Position numbers and translations under genes: made by a program
The notes under the pieces: model-generated
Told to the model about the DNA's origin: nothing
The model's input: only the letters and a program-made list of their open reading frames with translations
The model's database searches: none
IMG/VR virus record: IMGVR_UViG_3300020049_008107
Span: 1-64,000 of that record
Strand: one strand, 5' to 3'
Length of the DNA: 64,000 nucleotides
From: a virus
Taxonomy: Duplodnaviria > Caudoviricetes
In this document: one piece after another, positions 39,353 to 48,757 of the stretch
How positions within the stretch are numbered: the first letter of the stretch is position 1
Layout: each line of letters starts with the position of its first letter

Positions 39353-40446
39353 GATTCCTCGGTAATATCTATTGTACAGCTAACAACTATTTTATTGATA
39401 ATATCAGTAGCATCACCATAATCCGGATTCTCAATAATAGTACAATTTAATTCATGTCGTCTACCGTTTAAATAAATTATAGTCTTCTTATTAAATGCCT
39501 TAGTAAGTATAAGCCTTAGCATCTCCAATACTTCATCATGTCGAGCCATACCCTCTATCAGAAATGTATGTTTCCAGGCACTACCTACCGTACCCATTCT
39601 AACTTGACCAGATAATTCAATGGAATCTATGATAGGTGAATATTCCTCTTGCTCTTCAAGTATTTCCTGATCAAACCCACTAATCGATATACCCGCTATG
39701 TATGAATCAACTTCATTTGCCGTAAATTCAACAGGGAAGTATAAATAGAATGGTATATCTTTAAATTCATCACTAAGTACACTTAATCCATACTCATTAC
39801 CAAAACTAATTGACCTAGTACTTACATCGCTAATAATCTGGTGTATATCCCCATTCTCAAGCATTATGCATTGGTATTTGTCCAGGTATGTAGTATCCGA
39901 TACTTGTGCTGTATTACTTCCTCTATCTCCACTAAGAGTACCTATCTGTACTGATTTCCTATCTATATACTTAAGGATATGGGATTTTATACCCTCGTAC
40001 GCGTCTATAGGTAATTCGTCGATAAATAGGATTATATCTGATATAAAGAACTGTATGGGTACTAATGCTTCTATTTCTATCCTACTAATATATCGATGAG
40101 GATTACGAAATGTATACTGTTCGAATGACTGATTGACTTCCATTAGGAATTCAGTGAATGTGAACTGGTCTTGATAGAATCTTATTTTTAATCCATAATC
40201 AGTTAGAGCTTTTGGGATAATTGTTTGATTACATTTAATTGATAGTGCTATGTTATCAAGATTTTTGGTTTCTATCCTTGGAGAATAATCAATGTAGGCT
40301 ATTGATGGACTTGTGAATTTGAATAGTAATTGACTTTTATACCCTGAACTTGCCAGATGTTCCCAAGTGGTTATTTGGGTAGTATTAGTGGTATCTTGAT
40401 GAATCCAGCCCAGATTTTGAGTACAATCATCAATGGCTATTTTCAT
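39283..40446 (-). CDS. tail completion / terminator-like neck protein
   Basis: 387 aa; upstream of the sheath gene; function inferred from position. Confidence 0.5.
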   Translation of the reverse strand: MKIAIDDCTQNLGWIHQDTTNTTQITTWEHLASSGYKSQLLFKFTSPSIAYIDYSPRIETKNLDNIALSIKCNQTIIPKALTDYGLKIRFYQDQFTFTEFLMEVNQSFEQYTFRNPHRYISRIEIEALVPIQFFISDIILFIDELPIDAYEGIKSHILKYIDRKSVQIGTLSGDRGSNTAQVSDTTYLDKYQCIMLENGDIHQIISDVSTRSISFGNEYGLSVLSDEFKDIPFYLYFPVEFTANEVDSYIAGISISGFDQEILEEQEEYSPIIDSIELSGQVRMGTVGSAWKHTFLIEGMARHDEVLEMLRLILTKAFNKKTIIYLNGRRHELNCTIIENPDYGDATDIINKIVVSCTIDITEESWERNLQTMDFQTINQTVTGIVI

Positions 40447-40687
40447 TGTATTTTTAAATAAGTATTTTTAATTCTACTTTCTTTACACTAACTTTTGTAA
40501 CAGATTTGTTTGCATCTATAAGAGCCAATTCTGTATTGTGGTAGACCTTAATTTCTCCAGTTAATTCGTTAGTGACTGGAAATTCGGTTTCTTCATTAAA
40601 TAGTATATATCCAATGATGATCATTTTAAAAATCCTCTATCCTCAATTATTAAACAAATCACTAGTACATCAATACTTAGACTTCTA

Positions 40688-40969
40688 TTAACATAATCCA
40701 AGGTTTCTCCAAGCGAAATTGGCATCTTTTATATTGGATAAAATACCACCATCTTCTGGTAAATTAGTCTTAGTTGCTTGAACAATAGTTATTGCACAAT
40801 TCAAACCAAGAAACATGCCAATTAGTTCTTCATTTGTGAAAAGCTCATATTTATTACCAACAAGCTTATAGATATTAGAAATTTGCTCACCAATTTTACT
40901 TTTGGATTTTATTCGGTCATGTGCTCCAGCAGTATAATCAATAATTAATGCCTTTGTTACTTCATTCAT
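40688..40969 (-). CDS. hypothetical protein
   Basis: 93 aa; coupled to its neighbour. Confidence 0.55.
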   Translation of the reverse strand: MNEVTKALIIDYTAGAHDRIKSKSKIGEQISNIYKLVGNKYELFTNEELIGMFLGLNCAITIVQATKTNLPEDGGILSNIKDANFAWRNLGLC

Positions 40970-41325
40970 TATAGAATTCTAGTCCCCTTAGGTATACACA
41001 TAAAAAGAACCCTACTTTTATCCATTGGGACACATTTTGTTGCATCTAATTGGTTGTAGTAGGTTGTCCAGAATGACTTAATGGCATTTGTAACCCACTT
41101 AGCACTATAGTGTTCTGAATACTTGTCATTTTCCTTTGCAGAATCCAGCATCTCTTTTGGAATTCCAAACAAATATTCACACTCACGCTGTTTATCTTCG
41201 TGTGTTCTAATTTTGAATAGTTGCCAAGTTGGAAGTCTAGACTTAACAGTCTTTACCCAATCAGGGCTAACACTAGTACTAAGGACATATCCAACATGCA
41301 ATATTTGTTCTGTAGTTTTATTCAT
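40969..41325 (-). CDS. hypothetical protein
   Basis: 118 aa. Confidence 0.6.
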   Translation of the reverse strand: MNKTTEQILHVGYVLSTSVSPDWVKTVKSRLPTWQLFKIRTHEDKQRECEYLFGIPKEMLDSAKENDKYSEHYSAKWVTNAIKSFWTTYYNQLDATKCVPMDKSRVLFMCIPKGTRIL

Positions 41326-41590
41326 CGATTTCCACCTTAATATTTAGCTCTACAATTACAAACATAGCCATTGTAGTGCCATCTATTTTATGAGTGATAG
41401 TTAAAATAAGGTCATCTTTCCAATACCATTTTCTAACATAGGGAAAGTTAGTTACTTCAACTCTAGCACCTTCCTGAATTGCTTCGAGTCCTAATCCCTT
41501 ATCAATACAGTACTTATGCAAAACTTTTTGTATGATTGCCTCTTCCTTTTCTACAAGTTCCTGTATATTAAACACTCTCTTTGAGTCCAA
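41318..41590 (-). CDS. hypothetical protein
   Basis: 90 aa. Confidence 0.55.
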   Translation of the reverse strand: MDSKRVFNIQELVEKEEAIIQKVLHKYCIDKGLGLEAIQEGARVEVTNFPYVRKWYWKDDLILTITHKIDGTTMAMFVIVELNIKVEIDE

Positions 41591-41694
41591 ATTGTTGTAC
41601 CATCCTTCTAATGTATATCGACCACTTTACTTTTGGATTTAGAATTATCCAAGCAGCTTTAAACGAATATTCTGCTTCTAGCAATTCTGCAGTT

Positions 41695-41931
41695 CTATCG
41701 GCTAGCTCTTGTAGTTGCTTTCTTTTTACTAGGGTTGCCTTGGAAGCCATTTCTTGTACTATCGATTAAAGGAATTAAAGCCTTAGCCCTTTGAAGTGCC
41801 TCATTTTCCTCCATGAAACCAATAGTCTGCATTACTGGTGGATTGTAGATAGAAACATAATGCGTCTCTTTAGCTTTTTCAATTACTTCCTTTAGATTTT
41901 TCTTATGTGGATCAATGGTTACTATTCGCAT
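41695..41931 (-). CDS. hypothetical protein
   Basis: 78 aa; GAGG RBS. Confidence 0.55.
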   Translation of the reverse strand: MRIVTIDPHKKNLKEVIEKAKETHYVSIYNPPVMQTIGFMEENEALQRAKALIPLIDSTRNGFQGNPSKKKATTRASR

Positions 41932-42042
41932 AGTTTACCTCACATTTAACAGTGGCAACTTTCTTATCATAATAAGTTACAATAAGAACGATATAGCATT
42001 CCAATAGGATTGCAACAAGGATTATTAGTTTTATTGGTAATT

Positions 42043-42756
42043 TCATATTTTAATATCGAATAAATGTACTTGTGATTTATGACAATATAGCACATCAGTT
42101 TGATACTTATTATTTTTGTGTATTGATATTGCTGAAGTGTGTCTACCAACTTCAATAAAATCATCGGGCATTTGATATTCACTTATTAATATTACATGAT
42201 TTTTTGATTGTTTTCTACACCAATTATAGAACTTCTCATAGTCAAAACTAACATTATATTTAACAGTTTTAGCCGATTTATATGGTGGATCACAATATAT
42301 AAGCGAATTTTGTGGAATATCTAATTCATCATAACTACAATTATAGAATTCAACATCTTTTATGAGTGGCAATTGTTTCAACAGTGATCGACTTACATTT
42401 GAAAATTTCGATGGTCTATTTTTAGACCTTGGGTATCCGCACCAATATTTAGCACCAAATGAACAAAAACCAACAAACGCAACTAGTTCTGGTTGATAAT
42501 GATCTTTGTTATTTTTTATGCGATTATATTGGTCTTCAGTGATATCAGTGGGGGGAATCCAGCCACCTTGTAATGCTTCCCACATAATTATCAATTCTGA
42601 ATGGATGTCAGATGCAATACGCTTACCACCAATTTTGTCAATTACATTACACCCACCACAAAAAGGATCAACATAATATTCATAATTATTGCGTATTTTG
42701 TTAATTATTGGAACAAAAGTTTTTGATTGTCTAAACTTACCACCAGAATATTGCAT
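42043..42756 (-). CDS. DNA N6-adenine methyltransferase (Dam / D12 class)
   Basis: YSGGK, DPFCGG (SAM binding), IYCDPPY (catalytic), ISEY. Confidence 0.9.
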   Translation of the reverse strand: MQYSGGKFRQSKTFVPIINKIRNNYEYYVDPFCGGCNVIDKIGGKRIASDIHSELIIMWEALQGGWIPPTDITEDQYNRIKNNKDHYQPELVAFVGFCSFGAKYWCGYPRSKNRPSKFSNVSRSLLKQLPLIKDVEFYNCSYDELDIPQNSLIYCDPPYKSAKTVKYNVSFDYEKFYNWCRKQSKNHVILISEYQMPDDFIEVGRHTSAISIHKNNKYQTDVLYCHKSQVHLFDIKI

Positions 42757-42950
42757 TAATCATTAATCCCCTTTTCAATTATTCGGACAATTCTAAATAA
42801 TAATATTGAAATGGCTATTGCGAAACAGAACCACATTGACAGAAATATTTGAAAGTTGTTTTTATACAAATTCTGTAATTCTTTGATAAACACTATTACC
42901 AAGATAATTTCAAGATTGCGCAATAGTTCAATAAAAAACTTGTAGGTCAT
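42756..42950 (-). CDS. small membrane protein
   Basis: 64 aa; two hydrophobic segments. Confidence 0.5.
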   Translation of the reverse strand: MTYKFFIELLRNLEIILVIVFIKELQNLYKNNFQIFLSMWFCFAIAISILLFRIVRIIEKGIND

Positions 42951-43576
42951 TTCTTCTTTGCCTTTAAAGTGGCTTTCCCTTTCTTTCCGTCAACATCAAA
43001 AAGTATTTCGGCTACTTTATGTCCAATCATCATGTCTTTGAGTTTTCCAGAATTAAGGAAACGCTGTAGCCCTTTTCTTATCGGATATCGAGCAGGGATT
43101 TTGATAACTGTGGTACTCGCTTTTAAATGGATACCTAAGATATGTAGAAACCCCCTCATTCTATCAGTAACTGGAATAGTTGCACCAAATTCATGTATTA
43201 CCCATAAATCGCGATTTTTGATTGGTTTTTGGTTTCCTTCTTGATAATGAGTGCCAATTCCAGAAATTATGTACCCTTTACTAGTTTTGCGCCAGCCAAG
43301 CGAATTAATCATACTCTTTGGCTCTTTGTCACCTCTACCCATAAGTGGAGTACGGACTCTAGAATAACCTTTAGTTTCTTTGATTTTAATAGTAGCTTGT
43401 GATAATGGTGGTCGAACTAAGTTGGCTTTACGAATACCATCTTTAATAGTTGCGACTACTTCAGCTGCAATATCTTGAGCTATAGAATCTGATAAAGCTG
43501 GAATTTTAGAACCAGCTTTTTTTAGAGAGTTTTCAAGCTTGATAAAGCTCTTAGATTTTCTTACTAATAAGGGCAA
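42947..43576 (-). CDS. neck / virion morphogenesis protein (HK97 gp10-like)
   Basis: RPPLSQATIKIK, IHEFGATI, IKIPARYPIR. Confidence 0.7.
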   Translation of the reverse strand: MPLLVRKSKSFIKLENSLKKAGSKIPALSDSIAQDIAAEVVATIKDGIRKANLVRPPLSQATIKIKETKGYSRVRTPLMGRGDKEPKSMINSLGWRKTSKGYIISGIGTHYQEGNQKPIKNRDLWVIHEFGATIPVTDRMRGFLHILGIHLKASTTVIKIPARYPIRKGLQRFLNSGKLKDMMIGHKVAEILFDVDGKKGKATLKAKKK

Positions 43577-43627
43577 GCGAGCCTACACTAGCAATAAGGA
43601 ATACTGCTGCAAGGAAATAAAGAAATT

Positions 43628-43912
43628 CTACCATGCATAACCTGCCTTACGAGTAAAATTAGCCGATGTATCACCAGTCAAACCAAGAAATTTGGTGAGT
43701 TGGTTGAGAGTGGTGTTTGGATCAGGATTGTTGCGAGCATTGATGAGTTGTTGCCTACAATATGCTTGTCCTCTACGAACCTGTTTAGCAGAAAAGTTCT
43801 TTTTCCAGTTGTTCATAATTGAATTTTCTACAATCTGGATTCTACGGTTGTGTTCATTAGCCTTTTGAGCTTTGGTTAATTCTGCCTTTGGTTTATCTTT
43901 AATCATAATCAC
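43628..43912 (-). CDS. basic hypothetical protein
   Basis: 94 aa; GGAAGG RBS. Confidence 0.6.
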   Translation of the reverse strand: MIMIKDKPKAELTKAQKANEHNRRIQIVENSIMNNWKKNFSAKQVRRGQAYCRQQLINARNNPDPNTTLNQLTKFLGLTGDTSANFTRKAGYAW

Positions 43913-43921
43913 CTTCCGCTT

Positions 43922-44563
43922 TTATATCGAGTTCATGTTAATTGGTACAGTAGAATAATCAAATAACTTTAAGTTACCATTATGATCAATGCCTATTTGT
44001 CTAGACATTTCATCAGCAAAAGTAGACTGTACCCCTGTGCTACTAAGAAAATCCTTAAGTTTATTGTTAATATCATCCCATTTTGTTTGGTCTACAGTTT
44101 CAAGATGATTCGGATCAACGTCAAGACCATCACCCTTCGCATTTACCATATAACGCTCTGGTAATTGAGTAACAATTTCGGCAAACAGATATTTATAGCC
44201 AGCAGCACTCGTTATTAACTTACATTTAGTAAACATACCAAACTTTGCTTGAAATTGCTTATAGATTCTGTATTCATCTACGTTGTCTTCTACACCTTTG
44301 TTCATATGAAACGGTATCTTTAAAACCATGTTTGGTGATACTTGTGCTACAACCCTTGAGTATCCACTACCAAGATATTTAATACCAAGAGTCTTTATTC
44401 GTTTTTTAATGGCTTCTCTTGTCTCTTTCCATGTTAATTTTTTAGCCAATATTCTATCAAATCCAGACAAATACTTGTCAGCTATACCCTTTCGGACAAT
44501 CCTTTGAAGTTGTGATTTAGTAACTATAAATCTAGGTTCTACCATATATTTTGTACCTTCCAT
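43922..44563 (-). CDS. VTKSQ-leader protein 6 carrying a protein-kinase-like domain
   Basis: FIVTKSQLQRIVRKG leader; LGSGYSRVV, VLKIP, DNVDEY, IGIDHNGNLKLFDY. Confidence 0.8.
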   Translation of the reverse strand: MEGTKYMVEPRFIVTKSQLQRIVRKGIADKYLSGFDRILAKKLTWKETREAIKKRIKTLGIKYLGSGYSRVVAQVSPNMVLKIPFHMNKGVEDNVDEYRIYKQFQAKFGMFTKCKLITSAAGYKYLFAEIVTQLPERYMVNAKGDGLDVDPNHLETVDQTKWDDINNKLKDFLSSTGVQSTFADEMSRQIGIDHNGNLKLFDYSTVPINMNSI

Positions 44564-44934
44564 TTTTGAATTACAAGTTTAAGATTATCAATTACTGCAT
44601 ATGGGTTATCTCTTATTTCTACTGCCATATATCTTACTGTAATAAATCCTTGAGTGAGTGCTGTTCTGTCTTTGCGTCTGTCATCAAGGAGTTTGTCTCT
44701 AGAAGAATGCCATTGAAATGAGTCTATTTCTATTATTATATTAGTACCAGTAACATAAAAATCCGGTCGTCTCATACCAAGTTCTGTGATTGATGCTTGT
44801 GGAGAAAGTTCTATACCTGCTTGAAAGGCTAGTTTATGGAATTTTTCTTCTGGTGGCGAACCATACCCATGTTTAAAAGGTTGTGGTACTTTACCGTATA
44901 AGTCTAATATAAATGTTATTAGACGAATAAGCAT
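44539..44934 (-). CDS. DUF559 / Vsr-like endonuclease
   Basis: RPDF...IIEIDS.QWH...D..KD..ALTQGFITVRY. Confidence 0.8.
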   Translation of the reverse strand: MLIRLITFILDLYGKVPQPFKHGYGSPPEEKFHKLAFQAGIELSPQASITELGMRRPDFYVTGTNIIIEIDSFQWHSSRDKLLDDRRKDRTALTQGFITVRYMAVEIRDNPYAVIDNLKLVIQKWKVQNIW

Positions 44935-44937
44935 AGT

Positions 44938-45165
44938 TTACATTAAGTATTCTAAAGCACCACTAACAACATGCAGTACATTGTGTACTATATTATTCTT
45001 TTCTTTGCCTTCTAAAGTATTTGCATATCTAGCAATGGCACTCTCAGCATTTTTCAATGCTGAAATAGTTGCCTGTTTTGTATCATCAGACTTAGTAATG
45101 CTATTTTTTGATTTCTCAACTAATCTCTTTAGTTGAGATTTTGTAACGATTATTTTCTTTTCCAT
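44938..45165 (-). CDS. VTKSQ-leader protein 7
   Basis: Begins MEKKIIVTKSQLKRLVEKS. Confidence 0.85.
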   Translation of the reverse strand: MEKKIIVTKSQLKRLVEKSKNSITKSDDTKQATISALKNAESAIARYANTLEGKEKNNIVHNVLHVVSGALEYLM

Positions 45166-45171
45166 ATCATC

Positions 45172-45435
45172 CTATTTTGAAGCTAATGCTTGTTGTTCTT
45201 CGGCTTGTACATCTACCTTACTTTGTTTAGAGGATTCTATCTTGAATAAGCGGATTTTTTGCACAAGTACCACTTCGCCAGCACCCTTATAAGTCATTCC
45301 ACCAGTAAAGGCATTCAGAAACCAAAAAACTAATAGATATCCAGCAATAAGAGTCATAAACCATTTCTTAATCTTATAGGCGAGTGATAAAGCTAGGGGA
45401 TTAATCCCTGCATCAGCATAATTGTGATTAGCCAT
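45172..45435 (-). CDS. membrane protein
   Basis: 87 aa; one transmembrane helix. Confidence 0.6.
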   Translation of the reverse strand: MANHNYADAGINPLALSLAYKIKKWFMTLIAGYLLVFWFLNAFTGGMTYKGAGEVVLVQKIRLFKIESSKQSKVDVQAEEQQALASK

Positions 45436-45685
45436 CGGTTAGCTCCTTTACCTTGCTAGATAACAAAGGAGACTCCATTAATGATTCTAATTCTCTATGC
45501 GATAAAGATATATTCACATTATACGTGTTAAATGAATTTGTGTTGTGCGAGTGGGTGTACTTATTATAACTGTCATCAATATCAGTTTGAAGATTACCAA
45601 ATGATTTTTTAGCAGAAGTCCAAAGAGCATAAACGAACCATAATAAAAATATAGCAACAAAAGAATAACCAACATACTCAGTCAT
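45428..45685 (-). CDS. membrane-anchored protein
   Basis: 85 aa; N-terminal transmembrane helix; CGATAATA-N4 upstream. Confidence 0.6.
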   Translation of the reverse strand: MTEYVGYSFVAIFLLWFVYALWTSAKKSFGNLQTDIDDSYNKYTHSHNTNSFNTYNVNISLSHRELESLMESPLLSSKVKELTDG

Positions 45686-45697
45686 TCTTTATTATCG

Positions 45698-46201
45698 TTA
45701 TGCTAGTTTTAATCCTGTTTTTATTAATGTCCAAATTCCACTTCTAAATTTCCAAAAAATATATAACACAAGTATTCCAAGGCAAATCCAAACCGTTTGC
45801 CAGAAGTAGTGTTTAATTTGTCTCCAAGGAATAAGCTCTTTTAATAACCTTGCAATTAATTCATCTTTATCCGCTATAATTGAATCTTTCTTAGCTAATT
45901 CTTTGGCATGTTTATTTTTTAGGTCTTCTTTTTCATCTTGAAGGTCTTTTATTTGGGAATCTTTCATTTTAACTGTATCCATTGAATCACGAATATAATC
46001 TTTAGACCTTCGCATTGCATCTTGGCATTCAAGTGATTTACATCCATCTTGACCTTTATCAATTGCTTTTTCTACCTGATCTGCTTTAGTCTGCAAATCA
46101 ACAGTAGTTTGAGGAGTTGAACAACTGAAAAATAAAACCAATATCAACCCACCAACAAACAGTAACCAAGGATTATCATTTAACCAATCTAGAAATTTCA
46201 T
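45698..46201 (-). CDS. candidate unimolecular spanin (lipoprotein with C-terminal transmembrane helix)
   Basis: Lipobox LFFSC (Cys27), coiled coil, C-terminal VWICLGILVLYIFW; adjacent to the lysin gene. Confidence 0.65.
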   Translation of the reverse strand: MKFLDWLNDNPWLLFVGGLILVLFFSCSTPQTTVDLQTKADQVEKAIDKGQDGCKSLECQDAMRRSKDYIRDSMDTVKMKDSQIKDLQDEKEDLKNKHAKELAKKDSIIADKDELIARLLKELIPWRQIKHYFWQTVWICLGILVLYIFWKFRSGIWTLIKTGLKLA

Positions 46202-46884
46202 ATTTTCTCCACATAAACCATTAAGGAATAGTCTGCCAATAAGTATCTTAAATGTTGATTAACATATAAAACATTATTGCCATCTTGATCTTTGTATCGC
46301 GTATAAGCCTTTCCATATGGATCTTTAGAAATACACCCATTAGCCGTTACATCAACAAACATTTGTATATGACCTTTTGGAGTACCTTTGCCTCTAAAGT
46401 ATGGTGATTCACCTTGTTTAAGATTGATAAAATTAGAAATGTCAGTGCCTACAATTACTGGCTGTGCTGGTGCATTAGGCATAGCTCCAGTAATCACTTT
46501 TGCTATATCTTCGATAGTAGCCTTACAACTTATGTATTTATATGGAATTCCATTAGCCTTAAAATTAAGATTGAGCATCTCAGTATGGTATCCAGAGAAA
46601 TAACGTGTAGCTCTTTTACCTTTCTTAAGGTAGTTGTCTTCTACATAATCGCATATCATTTGAAAATACACTTCTTCGATTTTCTCTAATGAGAAATCAT
46701 TGAGTTTTGATGTCTCCAGAAATGTACGCAACCACCAAAGGTGCATAGCCCTGCTTGAAATCATACAAGTATCCCAAGGATTACCTTTTTCATCAATTAA
46801 AGGATGGTACGTTTTTTTATCTTCTCTTAAATACGGATCAACAAAGTCTCTTTGGGTAAGGTAGGGCAGTTGTTTAAAATCCAT
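46198..46884 (-). CDS. C39-like cysteine peptidase, probable endolysin
   Basis: Start MDFKQ with GGAG RBS; TCMISS (Cys), GHI (His), KDPYG (Asp). Confidence 0.65.
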   Translation of the reverse strand: MDFKQLPYLTQRDFVDPYLREDKKTYHPLIDEKGNPWDTCMISSRAMHLWWLRTFLETSKLNDFSLEKIEEVYFQMICDYVEDNYLKKGKRATRYFSGYHTEMLNLNFKANGIPYKYISCKATIEDIAKVITGAMPNAPAQPVIVGTDISNFINLKQGESPYFRGKGTPKGHIQMFVDVTANGCISKDPYGKAYTRYKDQDGNNVLYVNQHLRYLLADYSLMVYVEKI

Positions 46885-47218
46885 TAGTAGACTCCTTTTT
46901 ATTAAAATGTTTTTCAATGAGTTTTGCGCCGAATATAATAACAAAATTAACTATGTTGGCTATTACTAATATGTATGTTGCGGAAGGCAACTCCATTTCG
47001 ACACCAAGCATGGTTAAATCACGCCATTCTACTGCGTCTTTACTAGCTTCAATAAAGATAAGTCTTGTTGATACCACCAAATTACACACAATCATCATAC
47101 CAGAAAACATAGAAGTTTTGATGTAATCAAATCTCTTATCAGAGAGCATAATAGTCATTATTACTTCATTCCAAGAAGTAACCGAGTTTATCTTTGGATT
47201 GGTGTCATTTGGATTCAC
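46874..47218 (-). CDS. candidate holin
   Basis: 114 aa; two hydrophobic helices, charged C-terminus; upstream of the lysin gene. Confidence 0.5.
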   Translation of the reverse strand: MNPNDTNPKINSVTSWNEVIMTIMLSDKRFDYIKTSMFSGMMIVCNLVVSTRLIFIEASKDAVEWRDLTMLGVEMELPSATYILVIANIVNFVIIFGAKLIEKHFNKKESTNGF

Positions 47219-47410
47219 CTAACTAAATAACTTATACAATATGCGAATTACAATAAAGAAACTTGCCATATTAGCTCCAACAAGCATTTCTACTAATCTT
47301 TCATATGACATAGACCATGCAATATTAAACTTGTTTTGTAGGAAAGATATAACCATAGACAATGTTGATATTAAATTCAAAACACAAAGATAAATCACTA
47401 ATTCATTCAT
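47219..47410 (-). CDS. small two-TM membrane protein (lysis region)
   Basis: 63 aa; hydrophobic. Confidence 0.5.
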   Translation of the reverse strand: MNELVIYLCVLNLISTLSMVISFLQNKFNIAWSMSYERLVEMLVGANMASFFIVIRILYKLFS

Positions 47411-47419
47411 ATTGTATTA

Positions 47420-48106
47420 TCAGTTGAATTTCTTAAACTTATATAATCTTTTGGCTCTTTCTATTGATGAGTATTGTACTATTTCCATAAACTTTTCTTT
47501 AATATATACTGACAATGATTCTATATATTCTCTGTCTTTAAGCCTGTCAGAACCGGATTTATTTGGTATAGTGTGTATATCACTCCAGGTATAGACACAA
47601 AAACCGTACAACTTACGTTTAGTCTCATCAAGTATTTTAACTACACAAAATGCACGTATATCATATTCAAAAAGAAATGATTTAAGGAAATCATATTTAA
47701 GTTCATTTGTATAGTGTATTTTATCAGAAGTACTAGACTGTTCAAGTAATAACAACACTTGAAACGCCCTGTCTTGAGCTTCATATGAAGGTATTTGAGA
47801 AAACCCATCAGTAGCATAACTGAAAACAGTTTTTATTTTGGTGGTGCTTGTTGGATTACCAATTATATAGGATTCTCCATTCGAAGTACGGAATAACAAT
47901 ACTCTAGATGCATCAAGTTTGCCCATTGATTGAAGTAGTCGCCCAGCCATTTTTTTAAATGCTTCTCTGGTACGTATTGGAGAATGGACACCAAAAAAAG
48001 AAAAAACCTCTGCATAAAACCTAGTCCAGACAAGCAATAATAAACTTAATACAATTGTGGATATTTCTCTAATCGCATAGTCTTGAGGATTTGGGAAAAA
48101 ATTCAT
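47420..48106 (-). CDS. single-pass membrane protein with GAF-like soluble domain
   Basis: N-terminal helix, ASRVLLFRTSNG...AFCVVKILD...LYGFCVYTW. Confidence 0.5.
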   Translation of the reverse strand: MNFFPNPQDYAIREISTIVLSLLLLVWTRFYAEVFSFFGVHSPIRTREAFKKMAGRLLQSMGKLDASRVLLFRTSNGESYIIGNPTSTTKIKTVFSYATDGFSQIPSYEAQDRAFQVLLLLEQSSTSDKIHYTNELKYDFLKSFLFEYDIRAFCVVKILDETKRKLYGFCVYTWSDIHTIPNKSGSDRLKDREYIESLSVYIKEKFMEIVQYSSIERAKRLYKFKKFN

Positions 48107-48127
48107 CCGTCTGAATCCAACTTGTCA

Positions 48128-48757
48128 TTATGGTGTATTAATTTCTTTGAGTCTATTATCAAAGTCACTAGCCCATTCAGTTATCAATAAGACATATAGT
48201 TCATTCTTTTGAGTATTATTTAAGACAATATTGTTGTTGTTCAATGATCTCCAATAATTGACCTCACTTATATCTTTATATTTCATAAGACGATTTTGAC
48301 TTACTTCGTCATATTGAAACACCGGATTAATTATATCATCCCCACCTTGCGACTTGAAGCTACCATTAAATACAACACCATTTTCTAACTTGATCAAATA
48401 TTTAGTATTAATATATTGTTCTTTTGTAATAAGATTTTCTGTATATAATTCTTCATAAGTCTTGTTTACTATATTATCATCAACATCTATTTTTTGTAAT
48501 GGTGCTAATTTTAGATTACCAATGCTAACAAGATAAGAATTCCATGAAGCTAGTGGTTGAAATTTCCAAACTTTTGAAGTGACATCAAAAACAATAACCG
48601 AATTACTTTGTGGTATTAAATCGCAAATAACCCCCGAATACCATTTTTGACCTTGGAATTTTTCATCTACTAAAATTCTGTTTATATTATAATACATAAT
48701 CGCCCTACTTGATTTTTTTAATCCAAACTCCATCTGCATAGTTTGGAGTTGTCTCAC
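48128..48757 (-). CDS. hypothetical protein, possible fibre assembly chaperone
   Basis: Follows the fibre gene; start uncertain. Confidence 0.45.
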   Translation of the reverse strand: MRQLQTMQMEFGLKKSSRAIMYYNINRILVDEKFQGQKWYSGVICDLIPQSNSVIVFDVTSKVWKFQPLASWNSYLVSIGNLKLAPLQKIDVDDNIVNKTYEELYTENLITKEQYINTKYLIKLENGVVFNGSFKSQGGDDIINPVFQYDEVSQNRLMKYKDISEVNYWRSLNNNNIVLNNTQKNELYVLLITEWASDFDNRLKEINTP

